A stretch of DNA of 64,000 bases from an uncultured Christensenella sp. (GCA_910584635.1 CAJUBA010000001.1:264454-328453), one strand, 5' to 3'; positions 38,289-48,409 are shown, numbered from the stretch's first letter. Notes: generated by a model not told the origin, from the letters alone. A program made the numbers and translations.

Positions 38289-38323
38289 AAGTCCGACATA
38301 ATATTTATTATCGTGTCGGACTT
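38289..38323 (-). terminator. Stem-loop between tig and clpP
   Basis: 10-bp stem AAGTCCGACA/TGTCGGACTT with a weak A/T tail. Confidence 0.35.
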
Positions 38324-38414
38324 GAAGTAAAGTTCTTTAGAGTACTAAGCCTACACTTAATTATTATCTTGTTTTCCAAAGAATATTACCGGTAATATAC
38401 AATAAATTTGTCAA

Positions 38415-39701
38415 TTATTTAATTGTATTGTTATTTTTGAGATACTCGAACAATTTTGTCGTAATGAGGTCATTTCTCAAATAATTCCTGTATTCCTCAT
38501 TGATATATTTCGAATATTCTTCAACACTTCTACCGGCTTGTTTTGCCATTTCCGCAATCTTATCGTCAATTTCTTCGTCGGATACGGGAACTTGAATTGC
38601 TTTGAGCAACGCTTCAAGCGTAAGTCTGAACAAAACGTTCTTTTCCGCCATATCTTTATACTGAGTTTGAAGATCTTCTCTCTTCATTCCGGTATACTTG
38701 TAATAATCTTCCGCTTTAAGTCCTTGATATTGCAATCTGTTTTCAAATTCTTTAATCATATCCTCAATTTGATTGTCTATCATGCACTGAGGAATTTCAA
38801 CTTGAGAATTTTTCGCAATCGCTTCTATCATATCGTTTTCAAGTTTGGATTCAGCCTCGGAATTTTTCTTTTCTGCGATATTCTTCTTTACGCTTTCTTT
38901 ATAGTCCGCTACCGTATCAAACTCCGATATGTCCTTTACGCTTTCGTCGTCGAGCGCAGGAATCTCTTTGAAAGTAATCTCATGCAATTTAATAGCGAAT
39001 ACCGCGTCTTTTCCCGCGAGACTCTTTTCATGATATTCTTCGGGGAATTTAACTGTTATATCTCTATCTTCCCCTATATTCATACCTTCAACCTGCTCTT
39101 CGAATCCCGGAATAAAGTTTCCGCTACCCAAAAGAAGAGTTTGCTTTTCAGCCGTACCGCCTTCAAATTTAACACCGTCCACGCTACCGCTGTAATCGAT
39201 AGTAACCTGATCGCCCTTTTTAGCGGGTCTGTCCGTAACGGGAATCCATGCGCCCGCTTCGTCAAGTTTAGCGTTTATTTCCGCATTTACTTCTTCTTCG
39301 CTGACTTCTACAGAATCTTTCTTAAACTCCAATCCCGTATAAGCGCCGAGTTTGAAATCAGGCTTACACTGTACGACAGCGGAAAATTCAAGAGTAGCGT
39401 CGCTTATAGCGACAATATCTATATCGGGTCTGTCAACAGGATCGATTTGAGTTTCCTTATCGAGCACCGCTCCGTATTCTCTAGGCAAAATTATATCCAA
39501 AGCGTCTTCAAAGAAAATACCCACGCCATAGGTATTTGCCAACACCTTAAACGGAACGTGTCCTTTTCTGAAACCTCCCAACTGATAGTCTTTTTTGGTT
39601 TTTTCATAGGCTTTCTGAATTGCGTCTTGCCAATCTTTTTGGTCGACTTTGACGACAATCTTAACCTTGTTCTTCTCTAAATTTTCAACTGTGTAACTCA
39701 T
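38415..39701 (-). CDS. tig: Trigger factor
   Basis: GFRKGHVP ribosome-binding signature, a central FKBP-like PPIase region, and synteny tig-clpP-clpX-lon. Confidence 0.95.
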   Translation of the reverse strand: MSYTVENLEKNKVKIVVKVDQKDWQDAIQKAYEKTKKDYQLGGFRKGHVPFKVLANTYGVGIFFEDALDIILPREYGAVLDKETQIDPVDRPDIDIVAISDATLEFSAVVQCKPDFKLGAYTGLEFKKDSVEVSEEEVNAEINAKLDEAGAWIPVTDRPAKKGDQVTIDYSGSVDGVKFEGGTAEKQTLLLGSGNFIPGFEEQVEGMNIGEDRDITVKFPEEYHEKSLAGKDAVFAIKLHEITFKEIPALDDESVKDISEFDTVADYKESVKKNIAEKKNSEAESKLENDMIEAIAKNSQVEIPQCMIDNQIEDMIKEFENRLQYQGLKAEDYYKYTGMKREDLQTQYKDMAEKNVLFRLTLEALLKAIQVPVSDEEIDDKIAEMAKQAGRSVEEYSKYINEEYRNYLRNDLITTKLFEYLKNNNTIK

Positions 39702-39878
39702 ATATGTATCTCCTAAAAGTTGTTCGTATTATATTCACTTTAATGATTTTAGCATATAAAATAAAATAATGCAATTATAATTGCAATAATTTGTATTATA
39801 TTTTATAATAATTTATATAAATAACTATCATTAAAAAATTATATCGATTTGCTTAAAAACCGATAAAAGGCGGAAATA

Positions 39879-41600
39879 ATGCCAAACGATTACATTACGT
39901 TAAACGCGCTTACGCAAGAGATAAACGCCGTCTTAAAAGGCTGCAAAATAGACAAAGTCAATATGCCCGAAAAAGACGAAATCGGGTTGAATATACGCGG
40001 AAACGGAACAAATAAACTGCTCACCGTTTCTTGCAACGCAAACAATCCCCGAATCCATATCGGAGGCGACAAAAAAAACAATCCCCTGACCGCGCCGTCT
40101 TTTTGTATGCACCTAAGAAAGCATCTTACGGGAGGAATAATAAACTCCGTAAAGACTCTTGCAAACGATAGAATAATTTGTTTTCATATTACTTCGCGAA
40201 ACGAAATGCGCGACACCGTAGATTTTGCTCTTATAGCGGAAATGATGGGAAGATACTCCAATATTCTTCTCGTTAAATCCAACGGAGTTATATCCGACAC
40301 CTTGAAACAAGTATCGTACGACACCATGACAAAACGCTGTCTTTTACCAGGCGCGAAGTACTCGTTACCGCCGCAAAGCAAACTTTTACCCGACGATTCC
40401 GAAAAAATAATGAATCTTTTATCGGAATACAACGGAAACGATCTGGCAAAATATATAATTTCAAATATTTCGGGACTGGCGCTAATTACAGCAGTACAAA
40501 TACTGAACGAACAAGGTATAAAACGCGATACAACTTCTCTGTCTTATGAAAACGCAAAGTCTATTGCATCGGCATTGAAAAAATATTGCAATATTTTCAA
40601 CTGCGAAGAATATTCTCCTTGCGCGCTTAAACAAAACGACTCTTATATCGATTTTTTCGTTAAAAAATACGCCGAGTATGAAAATTTAGAAAACGTCGCC
40701 ACGCTCAACGAAGCCGTATTGCTGTGTACGCTTGAGAAAGACCGCGCCGAACGCAGAACAGAAAAAACGAAATTTTTACAAAAAGCATATTCTTCCCAAA
40801 GAAAAAAAATCATAGCAAAACTAGCGAAAAACCGCGACAAACTTGAAGAATGCAAACAGTCCGAAGACTTAAAAAAGTACGGAGATTTGATACTCTCAAA
40901 CTTATATTCCATTAAAAAAGGCGACAAAACCGCAGACATAATAGACTATTATCTGCCCGACTGTCCCATTATAAAAATAAAACTGGACGACAGGCTCACG
41001 CCCCAACAAAATTCCCAAGCATATTACAAAAAATATGCAAAATTAAAGCGCGCGTACTCTGTCGTAACAAAACAAATAGAACAGTTGGAAGACGAATTGC
41101 TATATTTAGATTCGATAGCGCCGGCAATCGAACTCTGCTCTAGCGCCGACGAAATCGCGGAATTACAGCAGGAACTTGCAAATATAGGCGCGTTGAAAAA
41201 AATTAAATCGGAAAAAACAAAACTCAAGCCCTCTCAACCAATCGCTTACGAAGTCGACGAATTCGTTATACTTGTCGGAAAAAATAATATTCAAAACGAC
41301 AAACTTACTTTCAAAGTAGCCAATGGCGGAGATTTATGGATTCACACTCAAAAAACGCACGGAAGCCACGTTATCGTATTTGCGGAAGGAAGAGAAATTC
41401 CCGAAAACGTCGTAGAAATTGCCTGTGAAATCGCGGCTTTCTACTCTATCGGCGCAAATGCGACGAAACAAGAATGCGATTATACTTTCCGCAGAAATCT
41501 TAAAAGACATCCGTCGAATAAACCCGGCATGGTGCTTTATACAACTTATAAAACCGCTTACGTTACGCCGAATAAACATGAAGAATACTTGGCTAAATAA
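39879..41600 (+). CDS. rqcH: Ribosome quality-control factor RqcH (NFACT / FbpA-like fibronectin-binding protein A family)
   Basis: NFACT-N-like N-terminus, a central coiled coil, and a C-terminal DLWIHTQKTHGSHVIV (NFACT-R/DUF814-type). Confidence 0.8.
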   Translation: MPNDYITLNALTQEINAVLKGCKIDKVNMPEKDEIGLNIRGNGTNKLLTVSCNANNPRIHIGGDKKNNPLTAPSFCMHLRKHLTGGIINSVKTLANDRIICFHITSRNEMRDTVDFALIAEMMGRYSNILLVKSNGVISDTLKQVSYDTMTKRCLLPGAKYSLPPQSKLLPDDSEKIMNLLSEYNGNDLAKYIISNISGLALITAVQILNEQGIKRDTTSLSYENAKSIASALKKYCNIFNCEEYSPCALKQNDSYIDFFVKKYAEYENLENVATLNEAVLLCTLEKDRAERRTEKTKFLQKAYSSQRKKIIAKLAKNRDKLEECKQSEDLKKYGDLILSNLYSIKKGDKTADIIDYYLPDCPIIKIKLDDRLTPQQNSQAYYKKYAKLKRAYSVVTKQIEQLEDELLYLDSIAPAIELCSSADEIAELQQELANIGALKKIKSEKTKLKPSQPIAYEVDEFVILVGKNNIQNDKLTFKVANGGDLWIHTQKTHGSHVIVFAEGREIPENVVEIACEIAAFYSIGANATKQECDYTFRRNLKRHPSNKPGMVLYTTYKTAYVTPNKHEEYLAK

Positions 41601-41653
41601 TCGAATTTACTTTATGTAAAATAAATTGATATTCAAAAATTTTTGATGGTATT

Positions 41654-42601
41654 TTAATTGCTTTTTACTCTTAAATTATCTAAAACGGACTGAAAATACT
41701 CGGGAAGAGGAGCCTCAAAAGACATAGTCATACCGGTAGAAGGATGCGTCAGAACAAGTTTATGCGCATGAAGCAATTGACCTTTCAAACCGAACTTATT
41801 ACTGCCTCCATACTGCATATCTCCCACTACCGGATGTCCAATATGCTTGCTATGAACCCTTATCTGATGAGTTCTACCGGTTTTTAATTCGTATTCCATA
41901 AACGTATATTGAGGAAATCTTTCAATCACCTTATAATGAGTAATTGCATTTCTACCGCTAGTTCTTGACACCGCCATAAGTTTTCTATCTTTTTGCGACC
42001 TGTCAATCAAAGTTTCAATTATTCCGCTGTCGTTACTTACTTTCCCGTCCAAAAGCGCGTAATAATATCTTTTAGCCGATTTACTTGAAATCTGACGCTG
42101 CAAATCAATATGTGCGGCATCGTTTTTTGCCACAACCAAAAGTCCAGAAGTATCCTTATCCAATCTATGAACTATGCCCGGTCGAATTACTCCGTTTATT
42201 GCGCTCAACGATTTCAAATGAAAAAGCAAAGCGTTGACTAAAGTATTGTCATACGAGCCGACAGCAGGATGCACAACCATACCCTGTCGTTTATTTACAA
42301 CCGCAATATCTTCATCTTCATATATAATTTCGATGGGAATATCTTGAGCCGATATATTTAATTCGCGAGGTTCTTCTTCCAAAACAACCAATTCGTCGTT
42401 TTCTTTAAGCGCATATCCCGCTTTTTTCACTGCATTATTAACAAATACTTTTTGCCTTTCAATCAAGTATTTAATGTGAGATCTGCTTTCGCCCGTTTTC
42501 TCTCCCAAAAAAACGTCAAGCCGTTGTCCCGCACTCTCTTTTTCTACCTTGAATACTTCTGCGTCCTCTGCGCTGTCAAATGATAATTTTTCATCTGTCA
42601 T
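41654..42601 (-). CDS. rluD: RluA-family 23S rRNA pseudouridine synthase (RluD-like)
   Basis: S4-like N-terminus, catalytic HRLDKDTSGLLVVAK, TGRTHQIRVH. I prefer ATG 42601 over TTG 42607. Confidence 0.85.
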   Translation of the reverse strand: MTDEKLSFDSAEDAEVFKVEKESAGQRLDVFLGEKTGESRSHIKYLIERQKVFVNNAVKKAGYALKENDELVVLEEEPRELNISAQDIPIEIIYEDEDIAVVNKRQGMVVHPAVGSYDNTLVNALLFHLKSLSAINGVIRPGIVHRLDKDTSGLLVVAKNDAAHIDLQRQISSKSAKRYYYALLDGKVSNDSGIIETLIDRSQKDRKLMAVSRTSGRNAITHYKVIERFPQYTFMEYELKTGRTHQIRVHSKHIGHPVVGDMQYGGSNKFGLKGQLLHAHKLVLTHPSTGMTMSFEAPLPEYFQSVLDNLRVKSN

Positions 42602-42603
42602 TA

Positions 42604-43308
42604 TCAAGCGTCCGCCTCTTTATTCTTTTCATTTTCTTTGATATCGGTCGATTTCTCGGAATTCTCAACTTTTATATCATTGTTATTTTCATTGATGCTA
42701 TCCTCTGTTTTTCCATCGGATTCGCCGGCAACTTCTTCGGCTTTTTTAGGTTTCAACAACCCTAAATCCCCTTCTTTATAATCGAATATGATATATCCGC
42801 ACATTAAAAATACGCCCAATACTAGATATATGTCGGCAATATTTCCTATACCGAAGGACGAATCAAAAAGTTTGTCAAACAAACCGTCTAAAAAAAGATA
42901 CTGAATAAAATCTCTTACCATGCCGTCGCAGAAGATTCTATCGTATAAATTACCTATAGCGCCTGAAATTATCAAAATCAACGACCATCTAAACAGCATG
43001 GAAGTCTTAGGTTTTTTTATTAAATTGAATATTGCAAATGCAATCAATGCTATCGTCATAATAGACGTAAGCGCAATCAAAAATCCCGTCTTGCCCGCAA
43101 ATGCCGAAAATGACGCCCCGTCGTTCAGACACGGATAAATAGCAAATACGCCTTCAATGATAGTATATTGCTTATATTTTACCAATCCAAGTCTGTTCAT
43201 AACCAAATCTTTGGACAGCAAGTCGCTAACCAAAAATAAAGCGAACAATACAAACTCTACTACCGCTCTTTTTATAATAATTTTCTTATTTTCCGCGTTT
43301 ATGTTCAT
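42604..43308 (-). CDS. lspA: Lipoprotein signal peptidase II (LspA) with a charged C-terminal extension of about 60 aa
   Basis: GAIGNLYDR, VRDFI, GNIADI. The tail is rich in E/K/N/D. Confidence 0.85.
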   Translation of the reverse strand: MNINAENKKIIIKRAVVEFVLFALFLVSDLLSKDLVMNRLGLVKYKQYTIIEGVFAIYPCLNDGASFSAFAGKTGFLIALTSIMTIALIAFAIFNLIKKPKTSMLFRWSLILIISGAIGNLYDRIFCDGMVRDFIQYLFLDGLFDKLFDSSFGIGNIADIYLVLGVFLMCGYIIFDYKEGDLGLLKPKKAEEVAGESDGKTEDSINENNNDIKVENSEKSTDIKENEKNKEADA

Positions 43309-43396
43309 TTATTTATCCAACCGTCTTTCGAATTTATCTTTATACAATAAATATTTATTTGTTTTCAAAAGATTAATCGTCCCATATCTCAAAAAA

Positions 43397-44080
43397 TCAA
43401 TATTTATCTTTAAGCGACGTAGGTCCTTGTATTGATACTCCGCCCGGGGTGAAAAGGAACATATTATCGCCTATTCTTTGCTCGCATCCCCCCAGCGCGT
43501 AAATTGCTCCGTTGAGAAAATCAAGTATTCTTTGAGCATATTTTTCATTGATTTTATTAAACTGGACTATTATAGCCTGCCTATTTCTCAAACTGTCGAT
43601 AATATCCTGCACTTCCGACAAAGTCTTTGGCGTTACGATAAGAATATTTTGCAAATCCCCTTGCGTGTACATCTGTTGTTTTTTATTCTTAAAAGAAAAT
43701 AATCCTCTTTTTTTCTGAGGTTGCATATCTTGCGGAGCCATTCTTCCGTCGAATTCAAACTCGTCCTCTTGTTGCGGATAATATTGACCTTGATAATTGT
43801 ACGGCTGTTGAGGCGGAACCTGTTGAAATTGCGGAGCATAACCGCCTACGTTATTTATAGGCTGCTGAGGATAAGGTTGCTGTTGCGGATAAACGTTTTG
43901 CGAATATTGCTGAGTGAATCCCGCTTGAGGATAAACAGGCTTATTTTGTTCAGAAAATTCGCTACCTGTGTTGAAATTCTGATAATCGCTGCGAGAAAAA
44001 TTAAATCTTCTTCTAGGTTGAAAACCTCTGTCGTTGTTAAAAACTTCTCTCTCTTCATTGTTATAATCTCTTCTGTCCAT
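43397..44080 (-). CDS. sepF: Cell division protein SepF with a long Q/P/Y-rich N-terminal region
   Basis: The C-terminal domain (IVTPKTLSEVQDIIDSLRNRQAIIVQF...FLFTPGGV) matches SepF. Residues about 20-125 are low-complexity (PQQQPYPQQP...). Confidence 0.85.
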   Translation of the reverse strand: MDRRDYNNEEREVFNNDRGFQPRRRFNFSRSDYQNFNTGSEFSEQNKPVYPQAGFTQQYSQNVYPQQQPYPQQPINNVGGYAPQFQQVPPQQPYNYQGQYYPQQEDEFEFDGRMAPQDMQPQKKRGLFSFKNKKQQMYTQGDLQNILIVTPKTLSEVQDIIDSLRNRQAIIVQFNKINEKYAQRILDFLNGAIYALGGCEQRIGDNMFLFTPGGVSIQGPTSLKDKY

Positions 44081-44089
44081 ATCTACCTC

Positions 44090-44803
44090 TTAAATATTGG
44101 CAACCGTATAATTTCTTTCGCCGAAAATTACTCTGCCCAACCTAACTTGCGTCGCTCCTCCGAATTCTATAGCCATCTCAAAGTCGTTAGTCATTCCGCA
44201 TGACAACGTGTCTATTTTATGTCTCGAATCTACCCTATCTTTCAATTCTTCAAATAATTTTGCAAAACTTTGATAGAGTTTTATCAATCTCTCGCTGTCC
44301 TGCAAATTTGGCATTACCGTCATAAGCCCGCGCAGCCTTATATTCTCCCTGGATTGCGCATAATCTAAAAATCTAAATAGATTTTTAGGATCTACACCGC
44401 CTTTTGACAATTCGTTTCCCATATTGACCTCAATAAGGCAATCGGCGACTATATTATGCTTTTTAGCCTGTTTATCTATCTCGTCCGCCAGACTTTCCCT
44501 ATCCAAAGAATGTATCATAACCACCTTATCGATGATATATTTGACCTTATTAGTCTGCAACTGACCAATCATGTGCCAACGCAAATCCATTCCGTATTCG
44601 AATTTTTCAATGATTTCCTGCGCCCTGTTTTCTCCTACGTCGCTTAACAAAGATTTTTCTTGAATGTATTTTATCAATTCAGGAGGTTGCGTTTTTGTCG
44701 CGCCAATCAATACAACGCTGTCCTCTCTACCGGCCCGACGTTTCGCATTTTCAATTTTTTGTAAACATTCGGCTATTTTTCCATCGATTTCTTCGAATTG
44801 CAT
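44090..44803 (-). CDS. yggS: YggS/YlmE-family pyridoxal-phosphate homeostasis protein
   Basis: LIGATKTQP (PLP-Lys), HMIGQLQTNK, and position upstream of sepF. I prefer ATG 44803 over TTG 44815. Confidence 0.85.
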   Translation of the reverse strand: MQFEEIDGKIAECLQKIENAKRRAGREDSVVLIGATKTQPPELIKYIQEKSLLSDVGENRAQEIIEKFEYGMDLRWHMIGQLQTNKVKYIIDKVVMIHSLDRESLADEIDKQAKKHNIVADCLIEVNMGNELSKGGVDPKNLFRFLDYAQSRENIRLRGLMTVMPNLQDSERLIKLYQSFAKLFEELKDRVDSRHKIDTLSCGMTNDFEMAIEFGGATQVRLGRVIFGERNYTVANI

Positions 44804-45121
44804 ACGCGCACCCAAAATATTTATTTATGAGTAGTATATCATAGTTTATAATAAAAGTAAATGATAAATGCCCTTCGCCGAAAAATTTGCAAATTATTTA
44901 GTATTTCGCAATTTATTTATAAAAATTTATTCAAAAAATAATACAATTAAAAAGTCCGTTTTATCCATATAAATTTAACTATTTGCAAAAGCAATTTTTG
45001 CATTATTCATTATATTTCAAACATCACGTTATCTGTCATGAAAACGTTACAGAGAATTATATAAAAAATCTACTTTTCAAACTTTTTGCCTTCATAAGTT
45101 TGTTAAAATCAATTCAATGGT

Positions 45122-45168
45122 AAAAATAAAAAGAAGAGAAAAAATTTGCAATTATTTTCTCTCTTCTT
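45122..45168 (-). terminator. Rho-independent terminator after the OB-fold gene
   Basis: Minus strand reads AAGAAGAGAGAAAA-loop-TTTTCTCTTCTT followed by TTTTATTTTT. Confidence 0.65.
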
Positions 45169-45366
45169 AAATTTATGACCATTTATGTTTTTTCAAATTT
45201 TAGCGACGTTTTTTTGTCAAGCGCAATATTTTGTTCAAAAATTTTGTATTATCGCGAATTTTCAATAAATTATGCTTAGTAATTATATTTTATTGATTTT
45301 ACTCGATTATTTGCGAGAATTTGTAAATATTTTATGATAAATAATTCTAAATTAGAAGTATTTTTA

Positions 45367-46029
45367 TCATTCTATTTCCGCGCTCGCAATTTCCATTGCA
45401 GACAATTCGTCTTTTTCACCGATATTTATTTTACTTACAGACACTTCGTACGCTATGCGTTCTTCCGTATTATCATTACCCAAATTCTTTACGTAAGTCC
45501 TGCTTTGAATACGTCCTACTACGCTCAATTTATCCCCTACTTTCATATTCTGCACAAATCTTGCGTTTCTTCCCCACATGATACAAGGTATATAATCAGA
45601 CTTATTATACGCTCTGTTTACTGCAATTAAGACGTCGCATATTTCGCGTTTGAAAGGAGTTGTTCTATATATCGGAGGCTTACAAATAAAACCCGTTATC
45701 TCTATAATATTCGGACTCTGTCCTTCATCTTCCAAAAGCACGTCTCTTACGAAAGCCGTCAACAGCAACTTTGATTTTTCGCCTTCTAATTTATTGTAAC
45801 TTCTAAATTGTCCCACAACATTTATTTTATCCCCTACCTTAACTTCGTATCTGGAAAGCAATCTGTCCGAGATTGTAATAGGGATTAAATCTTTTTGCTC
45901 GGATAGTCTTGGAACTGAAATTACCGTTTCATAAAATCCTTCTCCAAAAACTTCGTGAGTGTAAACCGGTTCCTTGACTATTGTTCCGATTAGTTGCAAT
46001 TTGTTATTGTTCATCTGTTCGTAGTTCAT
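45367..46029 (-). CDS. Tandem OB-fold, SSB-like protein (two OB repeats in one chain)
   Basis: Two internal repeats of about 95 aa, each with an L.G.I...P....-type N-terminus and a VGDK.xVVG.. strand pattern. ATG 46029 has a GGAGG SD. The track start at 46077 overlaps pdaB. Confidence 0.55.
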   Translation of the reverse strand: MNYEQMNNNKLQLIGTIVKEPVYTHEVFGEGFYETVISVPRLSEQKDLIPITISDRLLSRYEVKVGDKINVVGQFRSYNKLEGEKSKLLLTAFVRDVLLEDEGQSPNIIEITGFICKPPIYRTTPFKREICDVLIAVNRAYNKSDYIPCIMWGRNARFVQNMKVGDKLSVVGRIQSRTYVKNLGNDNTEERIAYEVSVSKINIGEKDELSAMEIASAEIE

Positions 46030-46054
46030 ATATACCTCCAAATGCGTAATTTTA

Positions 46055-46816
46055 TTATTTTTTGTGTTGTATTCCATTTCCGTCTATCGTAAAGTCATCT
46101 TGATATATCAGATTCGATAACGTAACCATTTTGTATCCTTGATTTTTTAGATTAGCGATAACAAGCGGCAGAGCCTCTAAAATATTGTCGCTATTGTTGT
46201 GAAAAAGGATTATCGAACCGTTTTTTACGCCTGAATTGACTCTAGAAAGGATTTCGGCAGCGCTCAAACCTTTCCAATCCAAAGAATCAACCGTCCACTG
46301 CACGCCTATCATATTCTTTTCTTCCACAACTTCTAAAAGCGTATTATTATAATCTCCAAAAGGCGGCCGGAAGAATTTTGGCTGAATTCCTGTGAGTTCA
46401 TTGACCTTTTCGCTCACATAATCGAGTTCCGACTCCACTTTTTCTTTGCTAAGCGTACTCATATTGAGATGTTCTTTACTGTGATTGCCTATATCGCAAC
46501 CGCTTTCCGCTATTTTTTTGACCATATCGGGATATTTATCTATCCAAAAGCCAACAAGGAAAAACGTACCGCCAACGCCGTGCTTTTCGAGCGTATCCAA
46601 TATTCCTTGCGTCTTATCGGCGCCCCATGCGGCGTCAAACGTCAATGCCACCACTTTTTCTTGAGTATCAACGCCATATACTGGCACTTTTCTCAAACTT
46701 TGATTGTTGAATACAGCCGTTACGTCGCGATTCGCCATACAGGTAGCGCATATTGCTATAAGCAGTACGATTACCACCGTTCCGATTATTGATTTCTTCT
46801 TAATTGAATAAATCAT
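46055..46816 (-). CDS. Polysaccharide deacetylase (NodB homology; PdaB-like sporulation deacetylase)
   Basis: N-terminal TM/signal, then ALTFDAAWG, TFFLVG, GNHSKEH. Confidence 0.8.
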   Translation of the reverse strand: MIYSIKKKSIIGTVVIVLLIAICATCMANRDVTAVFNNQSLRKVPVYGVDTQEKVVALTFDAAWGADKTQGILDTLEKHGVGGTFFLVGFWIDKYPDMVKKIAESGCDIGNHSKEHLNMSTLSKEKVESELDYVSEKVNELTGIQPKFFRPPFGDYNNTLLEVVEEKNMIGVQWTVDSLDWKGLSAAEILSRVNSGVKNGSIILFHNNSDNILEALPLVIANLKNQGYKMVTLSNLIYQDDFTIDGNGIQHKK

Positions 46817-47079
46817 TTTTCACCTCTTGATAATACCATTTCGAAATTTAGGAAATTTGCAATGTTTTGTCGGTATATGTCGATTTTTGTAATATTTACA
46901 TTAAACTTCCTATTCAATAAATTGTATTTTACCAATAGGTCGATTATTACTGGCAATTAGAATTTTCAAGGCATTTGTCCTTATATTTTTTTATCTTGAC
47001 AAACACCAGTGTCGAATTATATAAGCAGCGTTAGAAATTTCTGATATTATGTCGCAACCATACTTTTTATATTTATAAC

Positions 47080-47108
47080 TTGACTTTTTCTTAGAAATGA
47101 TTTATACT
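47080..47108 (+). promoter_or_regulatory. SigA promoter of SRP RNA (TTGACT-17-TATACT)
   Basis: TTGACT at 47080-47085 and TATACT at 47103-47108. The predicted start at about 47114-47115 coincides with the SRP RNA 5' end. Confidence 0.65.
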
Positions 47109-47113
47109 ATAAT

Positions 47114-47385
47114 GGCTGCGCTAGGTGGGGAGCTTGCGGTGCCCTATAACCTGCAATCCGCAACAGCAGGGCTGAAGGCTGATCGCGGTTTTGGCTATGT
47201 GAGGTCTGCCTCAAATAAGTGATGTTGATATCAAGGTCTTGTGCAATCATTCCCTGTGAACCATGTCAGGACTTGACCGTAGCAGCATTAAGCAGATCGT
47301 ATGATGTGCCACAAGGTTGCTTTGAAGGAGTTAACTGTTTGTGTAACGCTTGGGTAGTCATTATCAGAATCAGATGCGCAGCGCT
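47114..47385 (+). ncRNA. ffs: Signal recognition particle RNA, long (Bacillus scRNA-type with Alu domain)
   Basis: Near-collinear with remembered B. subtilis scRNA: GCGCTAGGTGGGGAG..GCGGTGCCCT.TA.CCTGCAATCCGC..AGCAGGGC at the 5' end, and the helix-8 motif CCATGTCAGGACTTGACCGTAGCAGCATTAAG. The 5' and 3' ends pair. Confidence 0.9.
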
Positions 47386-47397
47386 TTAGATAAGAAT

Positions 47398-47419
47398 GCC
47401 ACTTAAAAGTGGCTTTTTT
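47398..47419 (+). terminator. Terminator after SRP RNA
   Basis: GCCACT-taaa-AGTGGC followed by TTTTTT. Confidence 0.75.
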
Positions 47420-47439
47420 GATAATATAAAAGGAGTTTT

Positions 47440-48297
47440 ATGAACCAAGATAAGAAAATCGCGCTTTTGATAGATGCGGAAAATATCTCTAGAAATTACA
47501 GAAAAACCATTATGAACGAACTCGCCAAATACGGCACAACTACTTACAGACGTATTTACGGAGATTTCACTTCAAGAACAATAAGTTGGACAAGCGAAGA
47601 CATGCTCAAATATTCGCTTACGCCTATTCAACAGTACTCCAATACTTCTCAAAAAAATAAAAATGCAGGAAAAAATTCTTCCGATATAACATTGGTTATC
47701 GACGCTATGGACATACTTTATTCAGGAAACGTAGAAGGTTTTTGTATTGTATCTTCGGACAGCGACTTTACTAAATTAGCGTCCAGATTAAGAGAAGCAG
47801 GAATGCTCGTACTCGGCATGGGAGAAGAAAAAACTCCTCTTGCTTTCAGAAAATCTTGCGAAAAGTTTATACTTTTGGACGTTCTTGCTAAAGCCGACGA
47901 AAAGAAAGCCGTCAAAAAGACTGATAAACCTGAAAAGTCTAAAAAACAAACGACAGCAAAAAGCAAACCTTCCAAAGAAGATAAAGCGGAAGACACAACT
48001 ATCGAAACGTCCTCTGACGATAACGCTCACGAGTCTCCGGCAGTTATGCCTTGGGAAAATATCAGTCTACTTATTAAAACGGAAATATTACCCGAACTTG
48101 CAGACGAAGACGGCTGGGCAAATCTTGCCGATATAGGCAACCGTCTCTACAAACTTTACAGCGACTTCGACAGCCGAAATTACGGCTATTCAAAATTAAG
48201 CGAACTATTCAAAGCAAGCGAAGATTTCGAAATAAAACCTCAACCCAAAACCGACCCAAACAGTAATATTGTATATTACCTAATAAGAGAAAAGTAA
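47440..48297 (+). CDS. NYN-domain (LabA/DUF88-like) protein with a C-terminal OST-HTH/LOTUS domain
   Basis: IALLIDAENIS and VSSDSDFTKLASRLREAG are NYN-type motifs. A K/E/S-rich linker follows, then a C-terminal GWANLADIGNRLYKLYSDFDSRNYGYSKLSELF (LOTUS-like). Confidence 0.75.
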   Translation: MNQDKKIALLIDAENISRNYRKTIMNELAKYGTTTYRRIYGDFTSRTISWTSEDMLKYSLTPIQQYSNTSQKNKNAGKNSSDITLVIDAMDILYSGNVEGFCIVSSDSDFTKLASRLREAGMLVLGMGEEKTPLAFRKSCEKFILLDVLAKADEKKAVKKTDKPEKSKKQTTAKSKPSKEDKAEDTTIETSSDDNAHESPAVMPWENISLLIKTEILPELADEDGWANLADIGNRLYKLYSDFDSRNYGYSKLSELFKASEDFEIKPQPKTDPNSNIVYYLIREK

Positions 48298-48375
48298 TTT
48301 GTAGTATTATATAATTTTTGAAATTACTATTCTACTGAAATCTAGATAAAAATTTAGTCTGTTAATAAACTTAAT

Positions 48376-48409
48376 ATGAGTTCGGCGCAATACCGAACTC
48401 ATACTTTTA
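48376..48409 (+). terminator. Terminator after the NYN-LOTUS gene
   Basis: ATGAGTTCGG-cgcaata-CCGAACTCAT followed by ACTTTTAA. Confidence 0.6.

Noticed and set aside
38264-38414. CtsR box or CIRCE element upstream of clpP (and of lon at 36365-36446)
   Set aside because: No GGTCAAA-NAN-GGTCAAA or TTAGCACTC-N9-GAGTGCTAA-like sequence was found by eye. Only generic hairpins are present.
38538-39680. 380-aa plus-strand ORF in the track
   Set aside because: It is entirely antisense to trigger factor, which has unambiguous homology. Its sequence is a low-complexity F/L/I/N/R-rich mirror of GAA/AAA-rich codons, and it has no SD. It is an artefact of AT-rich coding DNA.
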